63,483 nt of DNA from Octopus bimaculoides. Taxonomy: Eukaryota. Under the pieces are notes generated by a model, which saw only the letters and a program-made list of their open reading frames with translations, searched no databases and was not told the DNA's origin. The translations under genes and the position numbers were made by a program. Location of the stretch: NCBI RefSeq assembly GCF_001194135.2, contig NC_068995.1, positions 17,794,475 to 17,857,957 of the forward strand, given 5' to 3'. Positions 38,996-52,342 of this stretch are shown piece by piece (positions within the stretch are counted from its first letter, which is position 1; each line of letters opens with the position of its first letter).

Positions 38996-39386
38996 ACTTT
39001 AACTAATATAGATTTGTATCGCTGTCGAATGTTAAGAAAACATCTCTTGTTTAAAATGTGTCAAAAGCGTTGCTCTTTGCTTTAGGTAGAACATTTTTTT
39101 GTGTGTACTTCTGCATGCAACATTAACAACTACATACATTTGTATAGTCTAAGCTAAATACAGCGTTAGGAAATATTACTGAACAGTGAGTGAATGAAGG
39201 TTCTCCCACCATTTTAGTTGGACGGTTGTTGGTTTTCCGAGAGACTTAGTCTTACCGTTCTCCTCTATATCTTGGTAATTATGTGGGGCCATAACTCACA
39301 CGCTTACATGCACACGATGTGCACAATCACTCACACACATACACTCACACGGAGACACACATTTCTACATATGCATATATATACCT

Positions 39387-39625
39387 GTGAAGGCGCGTGG
39401 CTTAGCGGTTAGGGTATTCAACTCACGGTTGTAATGTCGTGAGTTCGACTACATGGTGATGCGCTATGTTCTTGTGCCAGACACTTTATTTCACGTTGCT
39501 CTAGTCAGCTCGACGAAAATAAGTTGTACCCTTAATTCAAAGGGCCAGCCTTGTAACATTTCGTGTCATACTGAATCTCTTTCGGACTACGTTAAGGATT
39601 CGAATTTCTGTAGAGTACATATTTA
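39387..39625 (+). mobile_element. tRNA-derived SINE family 2
   Basis: A-box-like TGGCTTAGCGGTTAG, B-box-like GAGTTCGACT, central AGACACTTTATTTCACGTTGCTC segment of the kind found in conserved SINE core domains. A short head fragment of the same family is at about 6668-6700. Confidence 0.7.
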
Positions 39626-39925
39626 TATACATGCATACATACGCGTGTCTGTGTGTGCGTGTGCTTGTGTGTGCTTGTACTTTTTTAATCGGGAGAGATT
39701 AAAAACGCCAGTTAACTAAGATTATCATGGCAGTTAGTAAATAAGACTGTAATTATATAATCTATAAACAGTATCGAAGTAAGAAATTTAAGGCAACCTA
39801 TATTCCTTGTAGTTCTCAAAAATTTGGAAAGTAAAACAACGGAATTGCTAGTGAATCTTGTGTTTTAAGTCAGCCAGTGAAGTATGTTCTCTCTTGTGAA
39901 TCTCACATTTAGCTGAATCATTAAC

Positions 39926-40065
39926 AGGTCGGCGAAACTGCTTAGCAGCATAATTTCCAGCGGTCTTACGCTCTGAGTTCATATTCTGCCGTGACCAACA
40001 TTTTCCATCATATCAGATCCGATAAAACAAGTACAAGTTCAGCATTGGCTTGAATGTACCGAAAT
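39926..40065 (+). mobile_element. SINE family 3, heavily diverged fragment
   Basis: Similar to 55340-55470 (TGCTTAG.AGCAT...CTG.GTTCA.ATT...GATAAAA.AAGTAC). Confidence 0.5.
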
Positions 40066-40613
40066 TAGAAAGATTCGTTTTTAATTCTTGAGAAGCTTGG
40101 TGAATCACTTCCATTGATAATATCTAACAAGATTAACTTCTGTTCTATGTCTACACTTCTTTGGAATTAAACACTAGATATTTTTAATACTGTATTATCA
40201 TTATTTCCTTGAAATTTAATTTATCTGACTTTGTTGATGATATCAATAATATTTCCAGTTTTTATAATGTCTGTGTTCCCAGAGGGACATATATAGTCAA
40301 GCTTCAGCTAAATCTCAGTTAAGTGAAGATTTTCAACTTATTATATTACGCATTCGAGGTCTCACACATATATGAAACATCTTCTGATTTATTTTCTCTC
40401 TAATGTTTTTATTCATAACAACTGTTGTTAATACCCCTTGAATTCTAAGCTTTTTTATGGTAACAGTTGTGAATTTGTTGATGAGCTTTCATTAAAAAAT
40501 ATTTCTGTTGTTTTCACCATAACACTCGGCTGTTTGAGGAAGTCATCTCCACTGCACTACACCTTGGTCTACTGGAGAACAAGCGAACCACGTACATTGG
40601 GTATGCGTGGTCG

Positions 40614-40646
<33 letters not shown>

Positions 40647-41430
40647 NNNNNNNNNNNNNNNNNNNNNNNNNNNNNNNNNNNNNNNNNNNNNNNNNNNNNN
40701 NNNNNNNNNNNNNNNNNNNNNNNNNNNNNNNNNNNNNNNNNNNNNNNNNNNNNNNNNNNNNNNNNNNNNNNNNNNNNNNNNNNNNNNNNNNNNNNNNNNN
40801 NNNNNNNNNNNNNNNNNNNNNNNNNNNNNNNNNNNNNNNNNNNNNNNNNNNNNNNNNNNNNNNNNNNNNNNNNNNNNNNNNNNNNNNNNNNNNNNNNNNN
40901 NNNNNNNNNNNNNNNNNNNNNNNNNNNNNNNNNNNNNNNNNNNNNNNNNNNNNNNNNNNNNNNNNNNNNNNNNNNNNNNNNNNNNNNNNNNNNNNNNNNN
41001 NNNNNNNNNNNNNNNNNNNNNNNNNNNNNNNNNNNNNNNNNNNNNNNNNNNNNNNNNNNNNNNNNNNNNNNNNNNNNNNNNNNNNNNNNNNNNNNNNNNN
41101 NNNNNNNNNNNNNNNNNNNNNNNNNNNNNNNNNNNNNNNNNNNNNNNNNNNNNNNNNNNNNNNNNNNNNNNNNNNNNNNNNNNNNNNNNNNNNNNNNNNN
41201 NNNNNNNNNNNNNNNNNNNNNNNNNNNNNNNNNNNNNNNNNNNNNNNNNNNNNNNNNNNNNNNNNNNNNNNNNNNNNNNNNNNNNNNNNNNNNNNNNNNN
41301 NNNNNNNNNNNNNNNNNNNNNNNNNNNNNNNNNNNNNNNNNNNNNNNNNNNNNNNNNNNNNNNNNNNNNNNNNNNNNNNNNNNNNNNNNNNNCGGCCTCT
41401 TCGATGCAGCATCAACGAGTGTCAGCGTCC

Positions 41431-41463
41431 GACTGACTGTCTTGTCAAATTCCCCTTTTTATA
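41431..41463 (-). promoter_or_regulatory. TATA box + initiator core promoter
   Basis: Minus strand TATAAAAAGGGG begins at 41463 and TCAGTC has its A at 41434, a 29-nt spacing. Confidence 0.5.
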
Positions 41464-41466
41464 CCT

Positions 41467-41630
41467 GCTGCTAGGCTCCAGCAGGCTGCCCAGCAAGTTG
41501 TCACGTGACACTGTCTAAATTTCCCGCTGCTACGGTCCAGTAGGCAGCCCCAGCAAGTTGTCAAATGACACTGTCTAAACTTCCCGCTGCTAGGCTCCAG
41601 CAAGTAGTCACGTGACACTGTCTAAATTTT
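41467..41630. repeat. Three tandem copies of an about 60-bp unit (third copy internally deleted)
   Basis: Units start at 41467, 41526 and 41586 (GCTGCTAGGCTCCAG...CAGCAAGTTGTCACGTGACACTGTCTAAA). GTCACGTGAC occurs at 41500-41509 and 41607-41616. Confidence 0.9.
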
Positions 41631-43001
41631 AACTGACAATGGAGGGCGCGTAATCTTAGCCCACGTATGCTCTAACTGAGATCGTCACCTGTCAATCAGC
41701 GAAGCCACTTCAGTGTCAGCCCGTCTCACCTAATGATGTTATTTTTACAATTGTTTCACCTTTCTTGCCTTTTTGCTGTTGTATACACACACACGCACCC
41801 CCCCCACACACACATGCACACACTCATTTATACACTCATAAGAAGGTATATCTAGCCTTCTATGTTTCTATTGTGTTCGTAAGGCTCATGATCTTCAGAA
41901 CTTAAGTTATTTTGTCAGATGGTGTCTATAACCGTAGAACCGAAAGCTAAATGTTGCTTAAAGTTTGCTTCGACAAAGAAATCATTAAACATATGTTATA
42001 TTTCAGGGTGTAGACATTTCATTTCATATAATATAAAATACAAATAAGTAACAGCTAAACCTATTTACCAATTAAAAAGACTGACAGGAAGACTATGTAG
42101 TTTTGGCAGTTTTATTATGAGAAAGCACGAGATGAATGAAAATATAAGGATAAAGTTGTTGACAAAGTTTTGTCTAAATATTAAGTAAATTGTCGTGTCA
42201 CGTATCACTTGAACGTAAATTTGGCAATTTTCCAGCTTCATTAATTTAGACATATGATAGTGAAATTCTTCTATAAAATGTTGTCCGTTAATAACTAGCT
42301 GCCGAAAATTTTCTTTGATCGTAGATGTATTCGGCTTTTCCTGCCTAAATGGTTTATCTCTTGATTCAAAACTACTTTCATCATATACATATATTTTTAG
42401 CTTATTAGATATATCTCCTCTTTCCCATTTATGTATGACAGTGTGTTAGCTTTTTTCTCTTTCTTTTTCTATCACGGTCCATCACAGATTCTTCTGGATT
42501 CGAATGTTAGTGATATCCACACCAACCCTAAACTGATCATTTTATTATACCCATCTCATTCAATTGTTTCTTCTCTTTCAATCCGAAGAATTAGTCTTCT
42601 TTAAAACCATAAAAAATAAATGGGTGTTGCATTTAATTGAAAGTAATTGACAGATTCATTTGTATTTCCCTCTACCAAATGTATAGGTTTATGAATCGTT
42701 GTTATCTAAACCCTCTTGTTATTCCATATAATTCTAAATGTCCTTATGTATGCTCTTGATTATTTAAATTATGCTGGTTTTCGATTTGCATGAAATATCA
42801 GGAAAAAGGAAGCAGACACTGTTATCCAACTGACAGTATAAATGTGTACCAGTGAAATGAGGGAAAATGTGTCGTTTAAAACGTCTTTGATCATAAGTCT
42901 GTTCGATCGTGATTGAGTCGATATTGATTTCCATCATGCATCTAAAAACACTTTCATTAATCTTTTCTTCCAATGCTTTTATGTCTCCTTGGAATTTTTT
43001 C

Positions 43002-43146
43002 TGGCTGTATGGTAAGAAGCTTGCTTCCCAACCACATGCTTTCCGGTTCAGTCCTACTGCGTGGCATCATGGCAAGTGTCAGCTACTATAACTTCGGGCC
43101 GCCCAAAACCTTGTGAGTTGTAGACGGAAAATAAAAGAAGCTCGTC

Positions 43147-43180
<34 letters not shown>

Positions 43181-43432
43181 CTCTATCTATCTATCTCTCT
43201 ATCTATCTGTGTGTTTGTGTCTATGTGTGTGTGTGTTTGTCTTTATATCTTCCTACCGCTGTTGGTGTGCTTTTGTTTTCGTAACCTAGTGGTCCGGCAA
43301 AAGACACCGATATAATAAGTACTATGCTTTAAAAACTAACGCCTGGAGTCGAATTGTTCGATTAACCCCTTGATGTTGATGCCCCAGCAAGGCCGCACTC
43401 AAATGAGTGAAACATGTAGAATAATAAAAGAT
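43002..43432 (+). mobile_element. tRNA-derived SINE family 1, full-length copy with a central (TCTA)n
   Basis: TGGCTGTATGGTAAGAAGCTTGCTTCCCAACCACATG...CCGGTTCAGTCC head, with conserved body and tail. Confidence 0.88.
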
Positions 43433-43922
43433 AAACTATACTCAACTCTCTTCCTAAAATACTTGGTTTCGGACACTCAAATTTTATATGTACGACGTAT
43501 TCTACTACTTAGTAATAACTACCAGGATGATGAGAATATGGTTTCGGTATCGTGAACTTTAGCTTGTTTTTCTGTATTTCTGAATTGACATGTAATCTTA
43601 GAACGTAATTTTTGAACGGTTTTCTTGTAAGAATTTGTTACACTCCTTCTTCGTTTTATATATCATGATTTTGGATTCTTCTCTCAAGCAATATGCAAAT
43701 ATGCACTAGAATTTAAAGGTAGGGCATGTTATTTAACAGGGCTCGTTTAACATACGTGGGGATTATTTTTTACCGCACCTAAAACCCAAATCGGCTAGCG
43801 TAGTTTCTCCTGTATTGAATTCACCTTATCGTTTCGTGTAGTACCACGATGAAAATTTGTGCAATGGTCTCCAATAATGCTGATGTAGCACATTCCATTG
43901 GTATCTCATTCAGACATTTCAT

Positions 43923-43991
<69 letters not shown>

Positions 43992-45588
43992 CATCGAACA
44001 ATATCTCATCCACTCTAACAGCGCTCAGTCTTAAACATATAATATGAACCTTGATTTGTCTCTGTTTGTGCACGAAAGATTTAAAACCATGCATCTGTGA
44101 CAATAGTCGGCAATTCTGCACTGTGATTATGAATAGTAGACATCTTTCATATGATCATATCATCATCATTTCTCCAACTATAGTGCAAATGTACAATCAA
44201 TGCGCGTACCTCAAAAATATATTTCACACCTAACCACATGCATAAGGCGAAATAAAATCTCATATATCCTACAATTCATAGATTTTACATCAACAATAGA
44301 ACTTTTCAGGACTCACAAAGACACATAAACCTGATGTGGAGAATGCTTTAACACTGAACAATTTCTGACTCTTCTGGACACTTCTGCTCTTACAGAATCA
44401 ACCCATACCGTAACAAAAAAAACAAACAAAAAAAAACAGAAAAACAAAGAAAAAAACGAATCTAGCTGATTGCCAGGACACAATGATCCTATAAACTACA
44501 ATCACTATCTAACATTCATGTCTCATCACTCTGCTTCTTTTGCAATTCTTAAAATGCTCTTAGTTTCGAAGTGACGTCTAATTTTATAACAGCACCTCGA
44601 TAAATCACTCAATGTGTCCATTTTCTCTTCTAAATCATTTCATGTCAACACTACCAGGATATGATTAAATACTGAGCTCAGTTTTGTTTCACAATATTAA
44701 CATACAGAAAATATCTACTTGTCCAAAGTTTCTAGACAGTTAAACTTTTAATAAGTTGAAAATGCTTGCATCCCTTATACCGAAGTCTCTGTACCATCAT
44801 CTCTGTTTTACACTCCAATTACTGATGTGATGAAGATACATTCTTTGCTCTGACAAGTTCTTCGTCATATTTGAACATCTTACAAACTGTTCGATGCTGA
44901 CGGTAAACGCCAACTTAGTTGTTTGACAACGGTTGGCTTCAGCATAGATGGGACGGATTTACGATCTATTCTTGATTTCAAACTCATCTTTTGTTGAAGA
45001 CTGACATCATTGTTCGTCTTTCACATTATCGTGTACGTCATTTTGAAAGCAATCTAAATTTTGTGAAGTCCCAAGTTTGACACGCAAATTACGCGGAGCC
45101 TCTGGATTAGCTGAATCAAATCTCTCGGTGACGTAAAGAATGTCTTGTTCAACAAATTTGTGTTACTCTCTACATTCCTCATATAGATGCAAGTTATTTC
45201 CCATATAGATGAAAATTATATGAATAGGATAGTAGGATGTCACGGTGGAAATCACCTTAGAAAGAATTCTTCCAGCAGTTGGCGTAATCAAAACTTCATT
45301 TTGGGGCCAAATTACATGTACTCCCACCCACAACTCACATGCACTCTGTCTGTCTGTCACTGTATCTGTCTCTCCCTCCCTCCCTCTCTCTCTCTTTCTC
45401 TCTCTCTCACACACACAAACACACAAGCAAAATGCATGCATCTTCTAAGAATTTCATCCCAAATTAAAATATCTCGGGCAAAATCCTAACGGATTTAGGT
45501 TCATGAATATGTTTTAACGATCGGCATATTTTCTCAGCAACAGATATTAGTTATTAAATATTATTCTCTCTGTTTCTGGTTCTCTGTC

Positions 45589-45647
<59 letters not shown>

Positions 45648-46003
45648 NNNNNNNNNNNNNNNNNNNNNNNNNNNNNNNNNNNNNNNNNNNNNNNNNNNNN
45701 NNNNNNNNNNNNNNNNNNNNNNNNNNNNNNNNNNNNNNNNNNNNNNNNNNNNNNNNNNNNNNNNNNNNNNNNNNNNNNNNNNNNNNNNNNNNNNNNNNNN
45801 NNNNNNNNNNNNNNNNNNNNNNNNNNNNNNNNNNNNNNNNNNNNNNNNNNNNNNNNNNNNNNNNNNNNNNNNNNNNNNNNNNNNNNNNNNNNNNNNNNNN
45901 NNNNNNNNNNNNNNNNNNNNNNNNNNNNNNNNNNNNNNNNNNNNNNNNNNNNNNNNNNNNNNNNNNNNNNNNNNNNNNNNNNNNNNNNNNNNNNNNNNNN
46001 NNN

Positions 46004-46054
<51 letters not shown>

Positions 46055-46060
46055 CATATA

Positions 46061-46181
46061 TACGACGGGCTTCTTTCAGTGTGCGTCTACCAAATCCACT
46101 CACAAGGAGCCACGCACTGGGACTGATCCCAGAACCATGAGGCTCTTAAGCAAGCTACTTACCACACGGCCACTCCTACGC
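46061..46181 (-). mobile_element. tRNA-derived SINE family 1, 5' half with an internal deletion
   Basis: Reverse complement: GAGTGGCCGTGTGGTAAGTAGCTTGCTT...TGGGATCAGTCCCAGTGCGTGGC[deletion]CCTTGTGAGTGGATTTGGTAGACGC..TGAAAGAAGCCCGTCGTA. Confidence 0.85.
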
Positions 46182-47077
46182 TTATTTAAAATCTTTGAGA
46201 GAGTAACACATTAGTGATGTCGCATTGACGACATTTATGCAATCGACAGTGTTTCAGAATGAGTTGACTTGGAATGTTTTATCGAATTATGTGACGGACC
46301 ATTAAGCAGCGAACATCAGTTCTTGTCATGAAGCCTTTTCTCCGTATATACTTGCAACCACGTGACTGCATAATAATTCTATGCCAGGAATTTGGTAGCT
46401 AATGCTTCTAGATGCCCTAGTATATAGTCTGGTCCACACAACATTTTCTGTATTTTAAAGTTGCTACAAATAAATTAGGCAAAATTGTGAATACTATATA
46501 AATTAATATTTCTCATGGCTGCATTTTCATAAAACCACTGCTGACTGTTGCACATCGCTTCATACTAATTACGTTTAAGATACGAGCCGCTCTTCCGATC
46601 GTGTTATTTTCCATCATGCAACCCCCTGTCTCCTTAGGTCTTTGTTATTACAAACGCTCCCATCTGACAAGTCTATTAGAGTTGATATTTGATAAACAAA
46701 CGGCGTTTTTTTTTTCTTATAGCAATCGTAAGAATGACAAACAATTACACATTTCAAGCATTTTTAGTCACCAATCGAGATCTCAACTGTTAGGACGATC
46801 ATTGCAATATACTTCTGTGAGGATTGAGGTACTAATCTCCTGGTTCAGATACCAAATTTATTTCCTGGGCTAAGGGACATGGGTGAAATAATTTCCCATT
46901 TACAGAGACTGAATTTTTGTTATACTGTATTTCCTCTCACTCTCTCTCTCTCTCTATCTCTATCGCATTCTCTCGAATTTTGATAGAATAATTCTCATAT
47001 ACGTGGATACACTCACTTACATACATATATACATATAAATTTGTGGGTGGGCGTACATATCTATCTATTTGTCTATG

Positions 47078-47112
<35 letters not shown>

Positions 47113-48783
47113 AAGTTGATACTTAACCCCAAATTGTGACTTATGGGATAATGAAGAGTTTTTTTCCCTCTTTTAGTGGAGTACAAATACGATCACGTCA
47201 TTTTGTGTACCCTCTTCATGTATATGGTAAAGTGCGATTTGATGAGTATACGGCTGCAATGATTTAACCACCATATAGACGATCCCGTGATGGTTTTGTA
47301 TGTTCACACTTAGTATCATATATCACAGAGACTAACAATTATGTTAAAAACATTGTCCATGGTATAGTAACTGTAGTAATAATCGTTAAGTATTATTCCA
47401 TTCAGTCTGTAAATAGTATCTCCACGTTAATTCTATATTGGCTAGTAATTATCTAATGGCACTTTAGCGTTTTATATTTATATATACGCAGCAATAGGTT
47501 GTAATAATGTGGAGCGTGTCAAGATGTATAGAAATTAGATTGATTTTATTTTCATAATTAAACGAGATTGTGTCGTGTAGATGCTTATTTAAACCGAATT
47601 CTTCATTTACATGTCAAAGTCGTTATATTCTGTCTTCCATAACATTTAAACGAGAGAGCCAGCACAAGCAGTGTATTGTTTCATGGATGATATGAAAGAT
47701 CATTCAATAGGGAAGTATATTTATTAAAACTCGTCAGATCAAAACATTCGGAATTTATTCTCAGTAATTTCCTGTTTCTTTGGTGTGCTTTTGTTATGAG
47801 TTGATATATCTTAATGATTTATGACGTCATTAAGTAACTGATAAATGAATGATTCAGCGTTTCGTTTCCGATCTCAGATTTATAATACTTTAGACTACAT
47901 TCTTATATTCCAAGATCATAGATTTAATTTTGCGATATGTCTTCAATTAATAAGTATTTACATGGGCGCTAATTTTCCACACATAGAAAAGCCGGATTTA
48001 CGAAATTATGATCGAAAATCAGACTAGATATTGAAGAGCACTCGAAATTCGTTTAATGACAATTGTTTAATTATTTTAGTACATAAGCTGTAAATACGTT
48101 ATTGGTTCATCATTCACCAAATATTCTCCTATACTCTGCTCCTTGATAGGTCAAACAATGCAATATATAATATGAATTTATGATTTATATTGTGATTTAG
48201 GTAATAGCGTTAACCTTTTCCTATAAAACATTTTAGTGAACACGAGAAGCTAAATATATCTGACAATAAACAACAAACCCGACAATATTTTTTGGTACAC
48301 TGATACATAACACTACTGATAATCACCGCCAAATACATGTGGTCCCTTTCAGAATGTCTGTGGGCGTTTCTAACTTTTATCACTCGTTGAAAATTTTAGT
48401 GGAACTTCTTTGACAAAACGAATGTGATTTATTAAGTAAATTTGAACACAAATGACTTCATATAAGACATGTTGAGAAACTGTAAGCAGTAAAGTTTGCC
48501 GCTTAAATCGATCTAACATTCGATGCCACCGAAAACGTAAATGATTAAAATCTGGACAACATAGCATTGATGTGATGATTCAGAGGAATGAAATTATCTG
48601 AAATTTCTGGCAATCTAATTGTCACGAATGTAAAACAATAGAAATATCTCTTACATGAAAGAAGAGAAGAATCTTACACGGAGAAAGTTATTTCGATAAG
48701 TGTTTGATACTTACAGCGTCTGAATTCTGCAATCATATACTTATGTATAAGTGTATACATTCATGAATGTAAGCATGATGTTA

Positions 48784-48833
<50 letters not shown>

Positions 48834-51084
48834 TGCGTATGCATGTATGATGTAATGTATATATATATGAATGCATGAATGCATCTAAACGGACACGTGT
48901 TTATATGTGTATCTGAGCGCATGTGTGACTTTGATCGTTATTGTTTCAGTAATAGTATCTATCTATCTATCTATATATCTATCTATCTATCTATNNNNNN
49001 NNNNNNNNNNNNNNNNNNNNNNNNNNNNNNNNNNNNNNNNNNNNNNNNNNNNNNNNNNNNNNNNNNNNNNNNNNNNNNNNNNNNNNNNNNNNNNNNNNNN
49101 NNNNNNNNNNNNNNNNNNNNNNNNNNNNNNNNNNNNNNNNNNNNNNNNNNNNNNNNNNNNNNNNNNNNNNNNNNNNNNNNNNNNNNNNNNNNNNNNNNNN
49201 NNNNNNNNNNNNNNNNNNNNNNNNNNNNNNNNNTATACATATACACATATACATATATAAATGCATGCATACCTATATATATATACGTACTGTAGCGTTA
49301 CTTAAGTACATAATCACACCATAATATTCGTGTCGTTGTACGTGTGGTTTTTACTTGCCAGAATCTGTGAACGGATATGTGTGTGATTTATTGTTATAGA
49401 TAGCAACATTTTGCAACAAGAAATCCTGAGACAATGTATTCTAGCACCCACCAGCAACCCAAACAAATTAATGGAAAGCACCATTAATATCAATAATCCT
49501 GTAGTTTACTTGATCTGTCCGCAGCTTCATTACGTGATATTAGACACGTGCACCTGATCAGCTTGCCGAATTTCACTATAAACACAATGTAAGGTGGCAG
49601 AGAGTAAGCGAGACTGAGTAAGATATAAATATCACCAATATTACTGACACACAAAAATGTCTGTGGAATGCTGTTTGACGTCTGTAATTGCTATTACGAC
49701 GACCAGAGAATCTGTATACAATCATACGTAAAATGTTGTAAAGTGTGGTATGTAAACTGAGAAAAAAGGAATTACTACAGTAACAGTAGAAGAATATAGC
49801 TAATAAATGTGTCTAAAGAGCAATTAGACTCTGTGCATAAGACTCACAAACACATGCTCACACGCATATACGTACAGTCATATACTCATACATTGATATA
49901 TATATTTGTGTGTGAGTCTGTATGAATTTATGTAGATGTATATAACGAGTGCGTGTAGTATGATTGCACCCATGTATGTGCTCGTAAAGAAATGTATATA
50001 TTTATAGTAAAATCAAAATATACAAATAATATTAATCAGAACAGAAATGGGAAGATAACTTGAAAATAGCTCGGTAAATACATTGATAACTTCAAGACTT
50101 ACTATTTGAAAATAATTAAACTGAGTAAGCTGCCCCATCATTAATTTACTACAAAAAAGCGATAGGTGCAATATCATTTACACAGAAATATATACGGTGG
50201 TGAAGATTGCCATAAACGTTGTTATAAAAATACTCTAGTATTTATTAATGCAACTTACTTTCATTGTAATCAAATTCTCAAATTAAAGTTAATACACAAT
50301 ATGACATAGCATTTCAATATCGTACTTTAATATATTCTCCAGTTGTTCATTTTTGCTTTGACAGTGATGAAGTCTGACTTGTCAGTGTTACCATCAGATC
50401 CATTCTACATGATTCCAATATGACTTAAACGTATGAATGAATTATTCATTATCTGTTTACGTCTGTGTGTAACGTTGTGGAATATGATTAGACGAACATT
50501 TTAATACAAATTTTAGCAGATCAAGCAACATCATATAAGCCCGCTGGTAGTCTGTAGATTAACATAAATAGTATGCAGTTGTAGAAATTCAATTCATTCT
50601 TTCATATTGAAGACGATATTCTGTATTTGTTTCAAATTATCCTGGGCCCTTAAGCACCTTGTCTAACTATACGAATTCAGTAAATTACATTTTATTCTTA
50701 ATACATTTTTATATATCAGAAACGTCTGTGTATTAGATGACTAAAATGTGTAGTTACGACATTGATTACGTTAACCTCACCTTCATGTCTAAAGGAAATT
50801 TGTTAAGTTGGGACATAGAATCCGAGCCTAGAAAATTAATTAAGAATATAAAACAGAGAACAGCATAAAGAATATTTCAGTTCGTCATACTGAAAGATCT
50901 CTATGTTTAGAGTAAATGCCCAGATAAAAAGATTCACATGCAAATATAGTTGACTTCAATAACATTTTAGTGACTTTTAGAATTTAATTATTATCTATAA
51001 ATATTCTAATTTCTGGGAAGAATTTTAGATATTAGTTTCTGTCTCATACTAATAACGGGCATCTAACTATGTATGTATGAATGC

Positions 51085-51909
51085 CATTATTCAGTTTTAT
51101 TTCAAGATTTTTGCCAATAGAGAAAGAACCGGTTTCTAACCTAGATCCAAGGCTTTTTCATTGGAATTTCAACATCAACAACAGGGTAATTTTTTTTGTG
51201 TGTATGCATATATGCAGATTTGTATGTTTTATTTTATGTACGTATTCTCATGCACATCTAATCCCAAAGATGGTTTGGATCTATATTCTTCGAATTAGCT
51301 TTCTACGTTCTGGTTTGAGAAGCCTAATTTCTCAAGATTGGTATTTAGGCAGTGCGTAACATATCACAGGGTCCCAATAATTACAGGTATAAACCCGAAT
51401 TTGTAGTCTGGATAGACTAACTGCAGATGTCCCAATAATTCAGCATAGGTATTCTCTTTGTCACTGATCTTTAATACACAATTTCTCTTCTCTATCACAA
51501 ATCATTGTATCAGGTTAGTTGCGCTTGCATTCCACAAGTAATCCTTTTTATTATATGTGTCTATAGCTTTTACCATACTGTGGGTTCTTATTTCTTTGTC
51601 CTCGGAGTTATCCGTCCTACAGATTTCATTATATGCAGAGTGTTCCAGCTGCAACATCATGCCTTATCGGTAGATAATATCGTGATAACATTTTCGGACA
51701 ACTGCTTATGATGTGGGTGATATCTTCAGTGTTAACTCCACAATGTCTGCATCGGTTGTCACATTTTCTGCTTTCCTGCATCTATATCCCTTTTCTGCAT
51801 CAGGTATTTGGTTGATATTTCCTGTTCCTGGATTGCAAACGCATACTCTTCAAAGTGGTAGGTAGAGATCCGTCTATTGGTCCATGATACACTGCTTTCA
51901 TGATCAATG
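51085..51909 (-). mobile_element. 5'-truncated RLE-type non-LTR retrotransposon, copy 2 (internal deletions)
   Basis: Collinear with 14881-15880 (shared 3' end CATT.TTCAGTTTTATTTCAAGA, CTAGATCCAAGG, knuckle and RLE regions). Truncated at a different point from copy 1. Confidence 0.88.
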
Positions 51910-52311
51910 CATGTATGTATGAATGAATGTACGTAGTATGTACGTATATATGTATGTATCTATCATACACATATGCCCCCCCCCAAAAAAAAAAAACACA
52001 TACATGCGTGCACACATATACACACACTTCTATCCGAAATTAAAGAATGGAGTAGATATTAACTCCATTTCCTAATTTTTGATCTTAATTCGCATACACA
52101 GCAACCCCAGCTGTTAAGCGTAAACTATAAAATAACTTTTATCAGTTTATCAACATTCGATAGGCGAAAAAAAATTACAACATTCAAATTCTATAAACGA
52201 CTGTTGTCTCTGAAAGTTGTTTATTTTCATGCTTTTTACAGACTGCTCCAAGCTTATTAACTTCGTACACATTGAACCTTGGATGTTACCTTTATGTGTG
52301 TGTATATGTGC

Positions 52312-52342
<31 letters not shown>

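Larger units (their letters stand above)
41393..41749 (-). mobile_element. Probable LTR (U3 and start of R), truncated by a gap
   Basis: Minus strand starts TGTAAAA at 41749, followed by tandem repeats with E-boxes, then TATA and Inr at canonical spacing. The other terminus and TSD lie in gap 40647-41392. Confidence 0.5.

Noticed and set aside
41467-41630. CRISPR-like array
   Set aside because: Contiguous tandem units with no unique spacers, in a eukaryotic context with no cas genes.
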